Origin: Okamejei kenojei
Taxonomy: Eukaryota
Length of the DNA stretch: 64,000 nucleotides
Assembly: GCA_035221665.1 (NCBI GenBank)
Contig: JAVHYY010000217.1
Span: 124,001-188,000 of the forward strand
Direction of reading: 5' to 3'
Shown: positions 62,454-64,000 of the stretch, in pieces
Layout: the number at the start of each line of letters is the position of its first letter
Position numbering within the stretch: the stretch's first letter is position 1
Position numbers and translations under genes: made by a program
The notes under the pieces: model-generated
Seen by the model: the letters and a program-made list of their open reading frames with translations, nothing else
Told to the model about the DNA's origin: nothing
Databases searched by the model: none

Positions 62454-62838
62454 ATGGACATCTGCCTGCACCGCGCCCTCCTCACCCTGGCCATGATGGT
62501 GACCTCGGTTCCAGCCGACCCTCCTGCCGAGCCTCGCCCACGGCTTTGCCACGCAGCCGGTGAGTGCCAGCGATCACCCCGTCCCTGCCCTCTCCATCTG
62601 ATCCCGGCCCACTCTGGCCACCCCGCTGAACCCTGCCCTCTCTGGATGCCCAGTTGACCACTGCTCTGCCCACACAGGTGACCCACGGCGCCGGCTGGGC
62701 CGTTTCTCCGGCGAGAGTGGTGCCAACTACAGCTGCCTGCTGCTGAGCAGCGACGGGCAGCGGCTCTATGTGGGTGGCAGGGACCAGATCCTCTCCCTCC
62801 ACACACCGACCTTCAGCAGCACACCGGCCGTGGACCAG
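62454..62838 (+). CDS. SEMA4A: Semaphorin-4A-like, first two coding exons (gene continues beyond the window)
   Basis: Exon 62454-62559 (MDICLHRALLTLAMMVTSVPADPPAEPRPRLCHAA, donor GTGAGT); exon 62678-62838 (GDPRRRLGRFSGESGANYSCLLLSSDGQRLYVGGRDQILSL.., donor GCAAGT). Resembles the SEMA4A N-terminus (PRVRYYAGDERRAL..LLLSGDGNTLYVGARE); synteny with TDRKH and LINGO4 fits. Confidence 0.82.
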
Positions 62839-62879
62839 GCAAGTGGCCAGGGGAGTAGTGACCCTGTGCGGGGGAGGCG

Positions 62880-64000
62880 GGAGTGCGTCCCCTGGGGGGG
62901 GAGTGTGACCCCTGGGGGGAGTGTGACCTCTGGGAGGGAGTGTGACCCCTGGAGGGGGATGGAGGGAGTGTGACCCCTGGGGGGGGGTAGTGCGTCCCCT
63001 GGGGGTGGGGAGTGGGAGTGGGAAGTGTGACCCCCTGGGGGGGAGTGTGACCCCCTGGGGGAGTGTGAATCCCCTGGGGGGATGACCCCTACCCGGGGGG
63101 TATTGCGTCCCCTGGGGGACCCCCGGGAGTGTGACCCCTGGGGGGAGTGTGACCCCTGGGGGGTAAGTGCGTCCCCTGGGGGGAGTGTGACCCCTGGGGG
63201 GGAGGGTGACCCCCTGGGGAGGGAGTGTGACCCCTGGGAGGGAGTGTGAACCCTGGGGGTATCGTCCCTGGGGGGGGGGAGTGTGACCCCTGGGGGAGTG
63301 TGACCCCTGAGGAGGGACCCTGGAGGACCCCTGGGAGGGATGTGTGAGGGGGGAAGTTGTGTCCCCTGGGGGGGGGAGTGGTGACCCCTGGGAGGGAGTG
63401 TGACCCCTGGTAGAGTGTTACCCCTTGGGGGATGTGCGTCCCCTGGAGGGGGGAGTTGTTGGACCCCTGGAAGGGGGAGTGAGACCCTGCACCCCTGGGA
63501 GGTGTGACCTATGGGGGGTAGGGTGCTGTCCCCTGAGGGGGGGAACCCCTGGGTAGTGTTACCCCTGGTAGGGAGTGTGACCCCTGGAGGGGGGAGTGTG
63601 TTACCCCAGGGGTGGGAGTGGAGCCCTGGGGAGTGTTGACCCTTGGAGGGGGAGTGTACTGTCCCTGGGGGGTGGAGGAGTGTGAGCCCCTGGGGGGAGT
63701 GTGTGACCCACTGGGGGGGAGTGTGTGGAACCCTGGGAGGGAGTGTGAGTGGACCCTTGGGGGGAGTGTGAACCCCTGGGAGGGAGTGTGAAGCCTGGGA
63801 TGTTACCCCTTGGGGGGGAGAGGGAGTGTGTGGGGAGAGTGTGACCCCTTGGGGGGGAGTGTGACCCTGGGGGGGGAGTGTGACCCCTTGGGGGGGAGTG
63901 TGACCCCTGGGAGGGGATTATTACCCCCTGGGGGGAGTGGACCCTGGACCCCTGACCCCTGGGGGGAGTGTGACCCCTGGGGGAGTGGGGGGTGAGTGTG
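62880..64000. repeat. G-rich minisatellite (GGGAGTGTGACCCCTGG)n in a SEMA4A-like intron
   Basis: Directly visible; noisy units suggest sequencing or assembly error. Confidence 0.9.

Overview
Eukaryotic (vertebrate) genomic DNA. The repeat landscape (HE1/V-SINE-type tRNA-derived SINEs, CR1 and Rex1/Babar LINE fragments, Penelope-like elements) points to an elasmobranch, probably a skate; this is inference. I reconstructed five spliced protein-coding genes by hand from splice sites and exon phases: (1) a 6-exon, minus-strand, non-rearranging antigen-receptor-like gene with leader, germline-joined VJ domain, C1-type domain, Cys-bearing stalk/TM and ITIM tail (4362-8821); (2) TDRKH (minus, about 15427-30548, CpG/CCAAT promoter near 31.7-32.5 kb); (3) a complete 14-exon GPI-type class-7 semaphorin with no RGD motif (minus, 36442-50387); (4) LINGO4-like (minus, 52547-54319); (5) the first two coding exons of SEMA4A-like (plus, from 62454, second exon ending in a GC donor). 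This gene set corresponds to human 1q21-23, an MHC-paralogous region. Other contents: a full-length decayed Tc1 transposon nested in a CR1 fragment, Penelope-like RT and GIY-YIG fragments, many copies of a Penelope-derived repeat with a minimal hammerhead-ribozyme core (often as inverted pairs), a Helentron/DINE-like element and several large intronic minisatellites. Top candidates for novelty are the VJ-C1-TM-ITIM receptor (PRARP/VJC1-like, possibly with a tail-to-tail partner at the left edge), the SEMA7 paralogue apparently absent from the mammalian region, and the dispersed hammerhead-type repeat.
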